Assembly (NCBI RefSeq): GCF_963921235.1
Contig: NC_086101.1
Location: forward strand, 4,280,001-4,344,000
Reading direction: 5' to 3'
From: Mobula hypostoma
Taxonomy: Eukaryota
DNA: 64,000 nt
The translations under genes were made by a program, and so were the position numbers. The notes under the pieces were generated by a model, which saw only the letters and a program-made list of their open reading frames with translations, did not search any database and was not told the origin of the DNA. This document shows positions 23,507-36,380 of the stretch, piece by piece. How positions within the stretch are numbered: the stretch's first letter is position 1; the number at the start of each line of letters is the position of its first letter.

Positions 23507-24157
23507 TTCAAGATTCAAGATTCAAAAAACTTTTATTGTCATTATAACCGTACATCAGCTCTGCAGGGCAAAATGAGACAGCGTTTCCCAGGAGCAGTGC
23601 AATCATAACATAACAAACGCAACACTAAATAATAAACATAACAATAAATAGTAAAACACAACAGCCACACGTCAGTTAAAATCAAGTTATAAGTGTCCAG
23701 TGCAAGTTAAAAGTGTCCAAAGCAGAGTCAGGTGGAGCAGCTATTTAGCAGTCTGACTGCCTGTGGGAGGAAGCTGTTTAGTAGCCTTGTGGTTTTAGTT
23801 TTGATGCTCCTGTAACATTTCCCTGATGGCAGAAGAACAAACAGTTCATGGAGAGGGTGTGAGGGGTCTTTAATGATGTACCGTGTCTTCTAGAGGCATC
23901 GACTCTGAAAGAGGTCTTGGACAGAAGGTAGGGAGACCCCAATAACCTTCTCTGCTCCCCTAACCACCCTCTGCAAGGCTTTTTTGTGGACAGCACTGCA
24001 GCTGGAGTACCAGGTTGTGATGCAAAAGGTCAGCACACTCTCAACCACGCCTCTGTAGAATGTAGTTAAGATGTTAGTGGGGAGTGATGCTTGTTTAAGC
24101 TTCCTCAGAAAGTGCAATCTCTGCTGGGCCCGTTTCACAATCCCAGTGGTGTTCCTG
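23507..24157 (-). mobile_element. Rex1/Babar LINE 3' fragment
   Basis: KRAQQRLHFLRKLK...FYRGVVESVLTFCITTWY; (attcaag)n tail. Confidence 0.85.
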
Positions 24158-25519
24158 GCTAATCAAGAACCTATCTGTCTCTGCCTTAAATACACCCAAT
24201 GACTTGGCCTGCAAGTCATTTTGAGAAAAGTGATCCAATATTACACGTATTTGTTGGAAAAAGTATGTGAACCTTTGCTTTTGTAACTGGTGTGACCCCG
24301 TTGTACAGCAATAACTTCAACTAAATGTTTCTGGTAACTGTTGATCAGTTCTGCACATTGGCTTGGAGGAATTTTAGTCCATTCCTCCTTACAAAACTGT
24401 TTCCTCTCTGGGATATTGGTGGTTTTCCTTGCATGAACTGCTTGCTTCAGGTCCTTCCACAACATTTCTATAGGATTAAGATCAGGACTTTAACTCAGCC
24501 ATTACAAAACACAAATTTTCTTCTCTTGTTGATTTCAATGTCTTTTGGATCATTGAATCGTTGCATTATCCAATTTCTATTAAGCTTCAAATGACAGACA
24601 GCCACCCTGACATTCTCCTGTAAAATGTCTTGATACAATTTTGAATTCATTGTTCCCTCAACAATTGCAAGCTGTCCAGGCCCTGAGTCAGCAAAGTAGC
24701 CCCAAACCATGATGCTTCTTCCACCGAGCTTCACAGTTGGGATGTGGTTTTGGTGATGGTCTGCAGTACCCTTTTTCCTCCAAACATAACTGTGTGTATT
24801 TCTGTCAAAAAGTTCAACTTTTGTCTCATCTGTCCACAGAATACTGTCCCAGAAGCATTGTAGAACATCCGGGTGGTCTTTTACAAATTCGAGACGTGCA
24901 GCAAGGTTTTTGTTGGAGAGCAGTGGTTTCTTCCGTGGTGTCCTTCCACAAACACCATTCTTGTTCAGTGGTTTACTTATAGTGGGCACATGAAGAGAGT
25001 TTAGCAAGTTCTAGAGATTTCTGCAGGTCTTTTACTGTTATCCTTGGGTTCTTTTTCACCTCCTTCAGCATTGCATGTTGTGCATTTGGTGTGACCTTTG
25101 CAGGATGCCCACTCCCAGGGAGAGTAGCAACAGTACTGCGTCTCCTCCATTTGGAGACAGTTTCTCTTACTGTGGGCTGATGAACACTCGGGTCTTTAGA
25201 AATGCCTTTGTGTCCTTTTCCAGCTTCATGCATTTCTACAATTCTTCGAAGTTCCTCTGAAAGTTGTTTCGATCGAGGCATGGTGTACATAAACAGATCT
25301 TTCTTGGGAAGAAAAGGCTCTGTCAGTGACCTGACTTTGTGTGTATTTTTTTAACAGGACAGGGCACCTCTACCACCCACACCTCCAATCTCCTCTCATT
25401 GATTGGAACACCTGACTCCAAATAGCTTTTATAGAAGGCATTACCCCAGAGGTTCATGTACTTTTTCCAACAAATACTGTAATATTGGATCATGTTTCTC
25501 GATAAATAAAAGAACAAAT

Positions 25520-27164
25520 GCACACGTGACTTGTGGCGAGGGCAGCATACCATCGCAGACTTCAAAGCCAAACGTTGTGGTGCTGCCAACACTGTGGCCT
25601 CTCTCCCAGATGAGCTCAATCCGCTTTTACGCTCGGCTTGATGTCGCTAACTCTAAGCCTCCGAGGAAAGCCACCGCTATGACCTGCAACCTGGTCATCT
25701 CTGAGGCTGAGGTATGCAGATGTTTCCAACGACTGGACAGTCACAAGGCTGTGGGACCAGACAGTATCCCAGGGCGGGTGTGTTTACAGGTATTTTTAAT
25801 CTCTCTCTCTCCCAGAGCAGAGTGCCTTCCTGCTTCAAATTATCCACCATGGTCCCTGTACCAAAAAAGACCAAGGTAACATGCCTGAACGACTGGTGTC
25901 CTGTCACACTCAACTCAATAATGCTTTGAGCAAATGCTTTGAGAGGCTGGTCAAGGATTACATCTGCAGTTTGCTACCACCCAGAATGGATCCCTACAAT
26001 TCGCCTACCGACACAACCGATCGACAGATGATGCAATAGCCACAGCTCCCCACACTGTCTTTACACATCTGGAGAAGAAGGATGCTGGTCTTGGACTACA
26101 GTTCAGCATTCAACACCATAGTTCCATCCAGGCTCGACAAGAAGCTCAGAGACCTCGGCCTTCACCCTGCCTTGTGCAGCTGGATCCTGGACTTCCTGAG
26201 AGATCACCAGTAGGTTGTAAGAGTGGGCTCCCTCACCTCCATTCCTTCTGACCCTCAAAACCAGTGCCCCTCAGTACTGTGTCTTAAGCCCCCTCCCCTA
26301 CTCCCTGTATAACCATGACTGTGTCACCACTCACAACTCTAATCTGCTAATTCAATTTGCCGACGACACTACATTGATTTGGCCTAAACTCAAACAACAA
26401 CGAGGTGGCCTACAGGGAAGAAGTCATCACCCTGACACAGTGGTGTCATGAAAACAACCTCTCCCTCAATGTCGCAAAAACAAAGGAGCTGGTTGTGGAT
26501 TACAGGTGGAATGGAGACAGGCTAACCCCTATTGACATCAATGGATCTGGGGTTGAGAGGGTAAACAGCTTTAAGTTCCTCGGCATCCTCATCACCGAGG
26601 ACCTCACATGGTCTGTACATACGGGCTGTGTGGTGAAAAAGGCACAACAGCACCTCTTTCACCTCAGACGGTTGAGGAACTTTGGTTCCTCAGAACTTTC
26701 TACAGGGGCACAATTGAGAGCATCCTGACTGGCTGCATCACTGCCTGCTATGGGAACTGTACCTCCCTTAATTGCAGATTCTGCAGAGGGTGGTGTGGAC
26801 AGCCCAGCGCATCTGTAGTTGTGAACTTCCCGTGATTCAGGACATTTACAGAGGCAGCTATGTAAAGAGGACCCGAAGGATCATTGGGACCCGAGAGGCC
26901 CCAACCACAATCTATTCCAGCTGCTACCATCTGGGAAACGGTACTGCAGCGTAAAAGCCAGGACCAACAGGCTCCGGGACAGCTTTGTCGACCAGGCCAT
27001 CAGACTGTTTAAATCGCGCTGAGTTAAGTATACTTTATATTACACTGACTATTCTATTTATTATAAATTACTATGATTGCACATTGCACATTTAGACAGA
27101 GACGTAAAGATTTTTACTCCTCATGTATGTGAAGGATGTAAGAAATAAAGTCAATTCAATTCAA
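25520..27164 (+). mobile_element. Rex1/Babar LINE RT region and 3' end
   Basis: [47 protein letters not shown]; tail aataaagtcaattcaattcaa. Confidence 0.88.
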
Positions 27165-27904
27165 TAAGTATAATTTTTTTGTGTTATTCATTTAATTGGG
27201 TTCTGTTTATCTAGTTTTAGGATATACAAGAGATAGAAAAATACATGGGTTCAAGTCCATTCAGAAATCTGATAGCAGAGGGGAAGAAGCTATTCCTGAA
27301 ATGTCAAATGTGTGTCTCAGTCTCCTGCACCACCTTCTTGACGGTAGAAATGAGAAGGGGCAGCATCCTTAGTGTTGAGAATTCCTTAATGATGGAAGCC
27401 GCTTTTCTGAGGCATCAGCTTTTGAAGGTGTCCTGGATCTCGCGCTCATGATGGAGCTGGCTGAGATTACAACTTACTCCGATCCTGTGCGGTGGCCCCT
27501 CCGTACCAGACGGTGATGCAGCCAGCCAGAGTGCCCTCCACAGTACATCTGTAGAGATTTGCGAGTGTCTTCAGTGACACACCAAACCTCCTCGAACTCC
27601 TAATGAAATGCAGCCGATGTTGTGCCTTCACTGTAACGGCATCAATATGTCGGGATATCCAGGACAGATCCTCGGCGATGTTGACACCCAAGAACTCCCC
27701 CCACCCCAGGGTTGGGACCCCTCCTCCCTGGAACCGTTTGGCAATCCTTCTCCCTCAACATTGTGGGCCGAATGGCCTGCATTCTTCTGTCTTTCGGGGT
27801 AAAGACAACAAACAACATTGGTGGTTTGATCACCTTTATCTGTTTATATCAATTTCAATGTTAATTTGTTATCTAAGTATATACAATGCTGAGATTTGTT
27901 TTAG

Positions 27905-29635
27905 GGTCACAGAGTGATAGAGAAGTACAGCACAGCAACAGGCCCTTCGGCCCATCTAGTCCATGCCAAGCCATTTAAACTGCCTATTCCCATCGACCTG
28001 CTCCGGGACCATGACCCTCCAGCTATGCACTCATCCCAACTTCTCTTAAATGTTGAAATCAAGCTCATGTGCACCAGCAGCTCGCTCCACACTGTCACAG
28101 TCCTCTGAGTGAAGATGTTCCCCTTACACTTTTCACCTTTCACCCTTAACCCATGACCTCTATTTATTGACCACCCAACCTCAGTGGGAAAGGCCTGCTT
28201 GCAGTTACCCTTTCTATACCCTTCAGAATTTTGTACACCTCTACCTAATCTCCTTTCAAGGAATAAAGTCCGAACCTGTTCAAACTTTCTTTATAACTCA
28301 GGTCCACCAGACCTGACTGGAAATTTTCTCTGTACTCTTTCAACCTTATTTACATCCTTCCTGTAGGCGGGTGACCAAAACTGCACACAATACTCCAAAT
28401 TAGGCCTCACCAACGTCTCATACAACTTCAACAGAACATCCCGTCTCCTGTACTCAAAACAGTACACAAAAAAAAATGCTGGAGGAACTTAGCAGGTTAG
28501 GCGGCACCTATGGAAAAAAGTAAACAGTTGACAACACACATCAAAGTTGCTGGTGAACGCAGCAGGCCTGGCAGCATCTCTAAGAAGAGGTACAGTCGAC
28601 GTTTCGGGCCGAGACCCTTCGTCAGGACTAACTGAAAGAGAGCTAGTAAGAGATTTGCAAGTGGGAGGGGGAGGGGGAGATCCAAAATGATAGGAGCGAG
28701 TCTGAGTCAAAATGTGGTGGAAAAGTTGAAAAGCCAAAGAAATTACTGATGGGGAGCAGTGAGAGATGGTTTCACTGAACTCCCGTCAAAGAGAAGATTT
28801 AAACTCCTTCAGCACAGGCCTCACCGGAACAAGCTTCGCAGGAGTGAATTTAAAAATGCAAACACGAGGAATTCTGCAGATGCTGACATTTCAGGCTGAG
28901 ACCCCTCTGCAGGACTGAGAAAGAAGGGAAAGACCCCAGAATAAAAATGTGGTCGGGGGGGGAAGGGGAAAGAGGCTAGCTGGAAACTGATAGGTGAAGC
29001 CAGGTGGGTGGGAAAGGTCAAGGGCTGGAGAAGAAAAATCTGATCGTAGAGGAGTGAACAACATTTTGGTTTATGAAGGCCAATGTATCAAAAGCTATCT
29101 ACCTGTGCCATCACTTTCAATGAATTATTCACAGATCCCTTTGTTCTCCGGCACTTCTCGGTACACTGTAACACCTACCCTGACTGGTCATAGTAAAGTG
29201 CAACACCTCGCACTTGTTTGTATTAAATACCATCTGCTATTTTTCAGCCCATTTTTTCCCAGCTGGCCTAGATCACACTGCAAGCTCTGGTAGTCTTCCT
29301 CGCTGTTCTCTACACACGCACTCTTGGTGTCACCCACAGATTTGCTGATCCAGTTAACCACATTATCATCCAGATATTGATATAGATGACAAACAACAAA
29401 TGACCCAGCACTGATCCCTGCGGCACACCACTAGTCGCAGGTCTCCAGTCAGAGAGGCAACCATCTACTACCACACCCTGGCTTCTCCCACAAAGCCAAT
29501 ATCTAATCAATTTACTACTTCATCCTGAATGCCGACCGACTGAACCTTCTTGACCAAGCTCCCATGCGGGAGTTTGTCAAATGCTCACTGAGGTCCATGG
29601 AGACAACATCCACTGCCTTGCCTTCATTAACCTTT
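27905..29635 (-). mobile_element. CR1 LINE fragments (interrupted by Penelope pieces)
   Basis: [18 protein letters not shown] in ORF 29310-29510; reverse-complement CR1 3' end at 27915. Confidence 0.75.
28465..29050 (-). mobile_element. Nested Penelope pLTR fragments; younger copy about 28532-28883 with an intact hammerhead core
   Basis: - strand agtc-CTGACGA-aggg...ccc-GAAA-cGTC-gactg at 28593-28629; older degenerate pLTR on both sides. Confidence 0.75.
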
Positions 29636-30124
29636 TCTTGCGGGCATTCACAATAGAATCAATGAAAGACAACCCGACAGGTAGTCAAATATGCAATGTG
29701 CAAAAGACACCAAACTGTGCAAATAGAAAAAGAAAAATAGAAGCAATAAATATTGAGAATATGAGATAAGAGTTCTAAAAGTGAGTCCATGGGTTGTGGG
29801 AACAATTCAGTGAAGCTGAGTGGTGAAGTTGCCCCCTCTGGTTCAAGAGCATAATGGTTGAGGGTTAGTGACTATCTTTGAACCTGGTGGCATGGATCCT
29901 TAATGATGTATGCCTCTTAAATACATTTTTTTGTAAAATTCTATTGTATTTTTAAAATTTTCCTGTAAATGACTGAAAGAAAATGAATCTCAAGTTGTAT
30001 TAATAATAAATTTATTAATACTCCATTATTAATGGTCCATTAACAATAAATTAACTTTGAACCAGGATTTGAGACGACGAGACATTTTTTCATGCCAATG
30101 TGGCAGAAATTGGTTCTGCCAGGA

Positions 30125-30244
30125 TCTTTCTGCTTCTTCTCCGTCTTGTTTTGCGGCGGTTGGCACCCAGCTTAATGGTGCATCACCGCCACCTTCTGCT
30201 CCGGAGTGAGCGATAGAATTACATTCTAAATCCCTTCACCCAAG

Positions 30245-30314
<70 letters not shown>

Positions 30315-30770
30315 CCTACACTTTATCCTCCCATCTTTGGCCACCCTAGTACCCTATTCCTGCTTATCCGTCATATCTTATATAAAAAAAAACCCTGTAC
30401 CGCTTAAGAAAGCTAAAAATACCCTGACCTGTGCTCTCTCACCCATGCCTAGCAACCCTTTTAATGTGAATTCCTGCATCCCCAATTCCCTAAGATTAAT
30501 TCTCATCATCTCTCTCTGTATCCCATACTTCCTGCAATTCAGAACTACATGTTCTACTGACTCCTCTTCCTGACATTCCTCATGCAATACCGTCTGGTGT
30601 TTCCCTATCATTTTCAAATGTTTTCTTTAATGCACAGTGCCCCAGCCTTAACCTAGTCCACACAGTCTCCTCTCTTCCACTACCTATCCTAGTACCTGCA
30701 ACACCTTTTTTGTATTTGATATAAATGCCTCCCTTTCCCCTCCCTGTCCCATCTTTCTTGCCACATTTGC
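30125..30770 (-). mobile_element. Nimb/I-group LINE 3' fragment
   Basis: C..EESVEHVVLNC.KY zinc knuckle, FL..TG C-terminus; 3'UTR ggtggcggt.atgcacc...gccaaccgcc with (aag)-like tail. Confidence 0.7.
30245..30311. repeat. Compound (CT)n(CA)n microsatellite
   Basis: Directly visible. Confidence 0.97.
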
Positions 30771-30999
30771 CAGGATCTTTTACACGGGAATTAGATCGGC
30801 ACTGGAGGGAAAGTTTTTTACAAAGTTGCGGGGGAAAAAAGCAAGAGACTGGATCTGGAGAGTCTGCTCTTGAAAGAGACGGGCAGTTTGGTCTACGATA
30901 TAAAGTCAGTCTATAACATAATGGGTAAAAATGTCTGGTTGCAATGTGAACAGCACTGGAAGAGGTATGGAGGTACGCAGGGTTAAAATCGCAGAACTC

Positions 31000-31560
31000 G
31001 GATGGGAAAGACGCTGTCTTGGGGGGCGCTGCCCCTTTAAGTGGATGGCCCGCGGTTAGGCCCCGCCTTCTCCGTTCGGCTGGCCCCGCCCATGTCCCTA
31101 CGCGCTGACGTTACGGGTTGGGAGCCATGGCTTCCCTGGATGCTGAGGTGAGAGAACGGCTGAGGGGATGCATTCTCACTTCGCCGGTACCGAGACCTCG
31201 TCGGTTCCCGCTCCCGGTCGCTCTTTCGCATCGTCCGCTTCCCATCACCTTGCCCGACGCCGCTTGGTTTGGAACCTAGGCCCCGTTTCCTTCTCCCTTC
31301 CCCTGCCTTGGGTCCCGACGCGGCTCCGACGGAACGGAGGCCATGGGACAGGCGCTTTGTGAAGCTAAAGGGGGGCGGAGCCAAGTGATTGACGGACGGG
31401 GCCCCGGACCCTGGGTGGTTCATTTGTCCTCTGCCTTTTCCCCTTTGGAAATGTGGTATACAGGATTAGGAGCGTGCCAGCCATTGCGAGTGTGTGCCCC
31501 GCGCCCTGTTTAGCGCATTATCTCCCCCCTCCCCCGTTTTCCACCGGGAGCATACAATGT
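31000..31560 (+). promoter_or_regulatory. EHMT2 CpG-island promoter
   Basis: CpG-rich; GC boxes (ggccccgcc, gggggcggag), CRE-like tgacgtta at about 31106, upstream of a Kozak ATG. Confidence 0.75.
31127..31147 (+). CDS. EHMT2: EHMT2/G9a coding exon 1 (MASLDAE)
   Basis: gccATGG Kozak; donor GAG|GTGAGA, phase 0; resembles the recalled short first exons of EHMT1/EHMT2, which end in ...AE. Confidence 0.72.
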
Positions 31561-32249
31561 GCAATGTTGAGTGGGGACAGAGTATGCTGTGGTAGCAATC
31601 TGCGGAACCCCGGAGTGTGAGTAGTGCATCAGTTCTCCTTTTTCTATTGTAGGATGCGCACTATACCGAGTTAGGGGTGGGCTGATTGTCGATCACGATT
31701 TTGTCTGGATAGAGCATGAATGTACTCCCGGATCCCGGTTTAAATCACACATTAAACGGACTTGGGCACGAATTGGAGATACTCTTATTGTAATCTCGGT
31801 TACCGCGAATCTGTTTGCTATTCCCTCCCCCCCCCCCCACCCCGGGTTTTGGTGTAATTAAGTACTCAGAGTACTGGGTGACTGATGTTATTAGGACGAC
31901 TGTGGAACCCTGAACCATGTGTAGAGTGCAAGTTTTCCCCACCGATTTCATTTTGAACACATTTTATGTATCGTTAGGGGTAGGAGGCCGTCCCTTTATT
32001 GTGACCGGAGCCTTTTTTGAAGCTTGACAACAACTTGTAGCTTGAAAATGATGAACTTTATACTTGTAAAAGCTGAAATTTAAAGTTCCTGTGAACGCCT
32101 AGCTTTATGCGGTGCTCAAAAGACGTGTATTTTTTAAACCACAACCATTTCACAGATTAAAAAAGTACTCAAACATGAATCCTGCTAATTATGTATGTAA
32201 CGTAAGAGGATCTATGAATGAGGAGCAAGCACAGGCCACAGGCCCCTAA

Positions 32250-32625
32250 GACCATAAAATGCAGGCTTTATGGCTGATTTATTATCCCTCTCCATTCCAT
32301 TTTCCTGCCTTCTCCCCATAACCTTTGACATCCAGATTAATCAAGAATCTATTATCTGCTTTAAATACACCCACTAATTTGGCCTCCGTAACTGTTTGTG
32401 GCAGTGAATTTCACAGATTCACCACCCTCTGGCTAAAGAAATTCCTCTCATCTCTTGTTCTTCGTGGACATCCCTCTATCGAGACTATGCCTTCTGATCC
32501 CAGAGTACCCCACTACAGGAAACATCCTCTCCACATCCACTCTATCTAGGTTTAATATTTAACAGGTTTCAATGAGATCCCTTCTCATTCTTCTAAACTG
32601 CTGTGAGTACGGTCTCAGAGCCATC
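32250..32625 (-). mobile_element. CR1 LINE 3' fragment
   Basis: Similar to 20545-21000 (attcaccaccctctggctaaagaaattcctc). Confidence 0.75.
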
Positions 32626-32774
32626 CTGGGTCATGAACCTGCTCCTCCATTCAATCCTGATCTGATTGTAACCTCAAGGCAAGTCAAGTCGCTTTTATTG
32701 TCATTTCAACCATAACTGTTAGTACAGTACACAGTAAAAATGAAACAACAATCCTCCAAGACCATGGTGCTGCA

Positions 32775-32977
32775 TGAAACAACAAAAAACTACACTAGAC
32801 TACCTGAATCAACACAAAACTGCACTAGACTACGTGAAACAACACAAAACTGCACTAGACTACGTGACAATGCAGAACTACACGAGACTATCTGAAACAA
32901 CACAAAACTAAACTAGACTACCTGAAACTACACAAAACCACACTAGACTACGTGACAACACAACACCACATTAGACT
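32775..32977. repeat. Minisatellite, about 30-bp unit x about 7
   Basis: tgaaacaacacaaaact(a/g)cactagactac(c/g) repeated head-to-tail with no spacers. Confidence 0.9.
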
Positions 32978-33833
32978 TCAGGCCTACAACTCGCCCTGTG
33001 ACCGCATGGGTTTCTCCACAGTCCAAAGATGTATGGGTTAGGGTCGGTGAGTTGTAGCAATTGGTGCCAGAAGCATGGCGACGCTTGCAGGTTGCCCCCA
33101 TCATAAACCTCGCTGATTTGATTTGATGCAAGTGATGCATTCCACTTGATGTTTGGATGTACACATGTCAAGTGCTAATCTCTATAAGGTGAGCAGAATC
33201 TCGAGTGGAAGGGAAATGCTGGCGGGTGGAATGGCCAATATTCCTGCGTTATGAGACCCTCGGTTGGTTGGGGGTGGACCATGGACGTTGAGTCCTAGCT
33301 GTCTACACGATATGCAAGCCAAGGCAGTATGATGCGGAGGGCAAGCTGTTGCTCCTGCAGCAGGCTCCTCCTGTCCGTGCAGCTGATGAATCCAAAGAAA
33401 TGGCACAGACCGATACAGTTTGGCACTAACAGCCTGAAGTGACTGGTTTTACAGCGCCAGTAGCCCACCTTTGTCACTTCCCTGTCCGTGGAAATTTCTG
33501 TTGGGCTTAGCAGCTGAGCCACATGTGCAGGCCAGAAGCTGGACTTGGTTGCCACAGGCTGTTTGAGGTGCATGCCATTGGGAGCATTTATTTGGTAGTT
33601 GGAGCTTATCCCCATTACCACCCCGGCTATAACGACCCTAAAGACCCAGTGTTTCTGTGTTAGATATCCAGATTTACTGTGTAGGCTTTGAGACACTGGA
33701 AGAGCATATGGTTGTACTGTCTCTTACTGATGGTTGGACTGCCGGACAGGGTCGATGGGATGCTGGGAATTCTTACACAATCGCTTTTCTGTCGGGAGCT
33801 CTTGCTTTACTCCTTTAACCCTTTCCTTCCCAG

Positions 33834-33918
33834 TGTGAGCACAGTGCCACGGCCCAGCCTGCCGCAGAACCAGAGCTTGAGGTGCTGGAATCGAGTCCTG
33901 GCGGAAAAGGAAATATAG
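33834..33918 (+). CDS. EHMT2: EHMT2/G9a coding exon 2 (CEHSATAQPAAEPELEVLESSPGGKGNI)
   Basis: Long polypyrimidine acceptor ccctttccttcccAG; donor TAG|GTGAGG; 85 nt, phase 0 to 1, exactly bridging exon 1 and exon 3. Confidence 0.62.
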
Positions 33919-34244
33919 GTGAGGCTACATTCTGTACTTAACTGCGGCCTTGCTGATTATTTTATGGCCAGCAGAATGACACAGGAAGGGAATGGCCATG
34001 GTAATGCGATCTTCTTGGCTGTGACTCAGGTGACTGAGGGTGTTGAGGCTGCCTCATCGCACAAGGAAGGTGAGGAGGATGGAATTAGTGAGACAACAAG
34101 TTGCTCAGACAAGGACTTGGGCAAACTTACCCTACGAGGAATCAGAGTGGGGTTTAATTTTTCACCATACATATGAACGTGTAATAGGAATTTGCTGTGG
34201 TGTGTGGGAGTGAGCGCGACGTGCAACAACGTTCAGAATTATGT

Positions 34245-35752
34245 GAAAAAGGTAGAGCACTGGATGTAGTGTATCTGGATTTCAGTAAGGCATTTGATAA
34301 GGTTCCCCTTGCCAGGCTCATTCAGAAAGTAAGGAGGCATAGGATCCAAGGAGACCTTGCTTTGCGGATCCGGAATTGGCTTGACCACAGAAGGCAAAGG
34401 GTGGTTGTGGATAGTTCATATCCCGCATGGAGGTCGGTGACCAGTGGTGTTCCACAGGGATCTGTTCCGGGACCTCTCCTCTTTGTGATTTTTATAAATG
34501 TCCTGGATGAGGAAGTAGAAGGATGGGCTAGTAAGTTTGCTGATGACACAAAGGTTGGGGGTGTTGTGGATAGTCTGGAGGGTTGTCAGAGGTTACAGCG
34601 GGACATTGATAGGATGTTAAACTGGGCTGAGAAGTGGCAGGTGGAGTTCAACTCAGATAAGTGTGAAGTGGTTCATTTTGAAGTGGTCAAATTTGAAGAC
34701 AGAATATAATACTAATGTTAAGACTCTTGGCAGTGTGGAGGGTCAGCGAGATCTTGGGGTCCATGTCCATAGGACGCTCAATGCTGCTCAAATTGACAAT
34801 GTTGTTAAGAAGGCATATGGTGTGTTGGCCTTCATGAACCATGGGATTGAGTTCAAGAGCTGGGAGGTAATGTTACAGCTATACAAGATCTTAGTTGGAC
34901 TCTACTTGGAGTACTGTGTTCATTTCTGGTCACCTCATTACAGGAAGGATGTGGATACTGTAGAGAGAGTGCAGAGGAGATTGACGAGGATGTTGCCTAG
35001 ATTGGGGAACATGCCTTATGAGAATAGGTAGAGTGCACTTGGCCTTTTCTCCTTGGAGCGATGGAGGATGAGAGGTGACGTGATAGAAGTGTGTACAATG
35101 AGGGGCATTGATCATGTGGATAGTCAGAGGCTTTTTCCCAGGGCTGAAATGGCTAGCACGAGAGGGCACAGTTTTAAGGTGCTTGGAAGTAGGTAAGTTT
35201 TTCACAGGGAGATTGGTGGGTGCTTGGAATGAACTGCCAATGACGGTGGTAGAGGCGGATGCAATAGGGTCTTTTAAGAGATTCTTGGATGGGTACATGG
35301 AGCTCAGTAAACATAGAAAACCTACAGCAGGATACAGGCCCTTTGGCCCACAATGCTATGCTGAACATGTACTTACTTTAGAAATTACCTCAGGTTATCC
35401 ATCGCCCTCTATTTTTCTAAGCTCCATATACCTATCCAGGAGTCTCTTAAAAGATCCTATTGCATTTGCCTCCACCGCCACCGCTGGCAGCCCATTCCAC
35501 GCACTCATCACTCTCTGCGTAAAAAAAAAACTTACCCCTGACATCTCCTCTGTACCTATTTCCAAGCACCTTCAAACTGTGCCCTCTCGTGTTGACCATT
35601 TCAGCCCTGGGGAAAAGCCTCTGACTATCCACATGATCAATAGAGTGAAATAGAGGGTGATGCGGTAGGGAAATTCTAGGCAGTTTCTGGAGTAGGTTAC
35701 ATGGTCAGCACAACATTTTGGGTCAAAGGGCCTGTAATCTGCTCTATGTGTC
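34245..35752 (+). mobile_element. CR1 LINE RT/3' part with an inverted CR1 3' end nested at about 35310-35640
   Basis: [25 protein letters not shown]; nested - strand CR1 tail. Confidence 0.9.
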
Positions 35753-36380
35753 TAAATGAAGTTAGTGGTTAAATTATGTATAAATACATAAATACCTGTA
35801 AGTACAGTTGGAAGAAAAAGTTTGTGAACCCTTTGCAATTACCTGGTTTTCTGTATTAATTACTCTAAAAATGTGGTCTGATCTTCATCTAAGTCAAAAT
35901 AATAGACAAACATAATCTGTCTACACCAGGGGTCGCCAACCCGTCGATCGTGATCAACCGGTCGATCTTTCAGACTTTCCCAGTAGATCCTGAAGAAAAA
36001 TCAAAAATAATTACACAAATACTGCTGTAATGTGAGCATTGTAAAAGTAAGTAATACTAATTAGGATAATGGTAATATAGCAATATTTTTGCTAAAAAGC
36101 TGTTTGTAAAGAGAGATTGTTTCCGGGTTGTGGGGGTTTAGTTCCGTTCTTTCTGCCCAGTGCGCATGTGTGTAGCTCCCCCACCATGCACCGCGTTTTC
36201 AGCTTAGCCTGTGCTGCATCAAAGTGACCAATCAGATTAGATAAGAGTACAGACTGTCGCAAACATCAATATACGGCAGTGTCCCCAACCTCCGGGCCGC
36301 GAAGCAGGCAGTGGTGTAGCGGTAGTCGGGATGCACGCAGCACATTTTTAAGAAAAACAGCCCGAAATAAACAAGCTAAT

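Larger units (their letters stand above)
23222..27225 (-). mobile_element. Tc1-like transposon, decayed transposase at 24280-25281, interrupted by LINE insertions
   Basis: MPRSKQLSEELRRIV HTH; LWTDETKVELF, GG.SIMVWG, W..LK.AV DDE-region motifs; left end TA|cagtggtg; 27165-27225 is inverted relative to 23310-23360. Confidence 0.85.

Noticed and set aside
32775..32977. CRISPR-like array
   Set aside because: Head-to-tail units with no unique spacers; eukaryotic context; no cas genes
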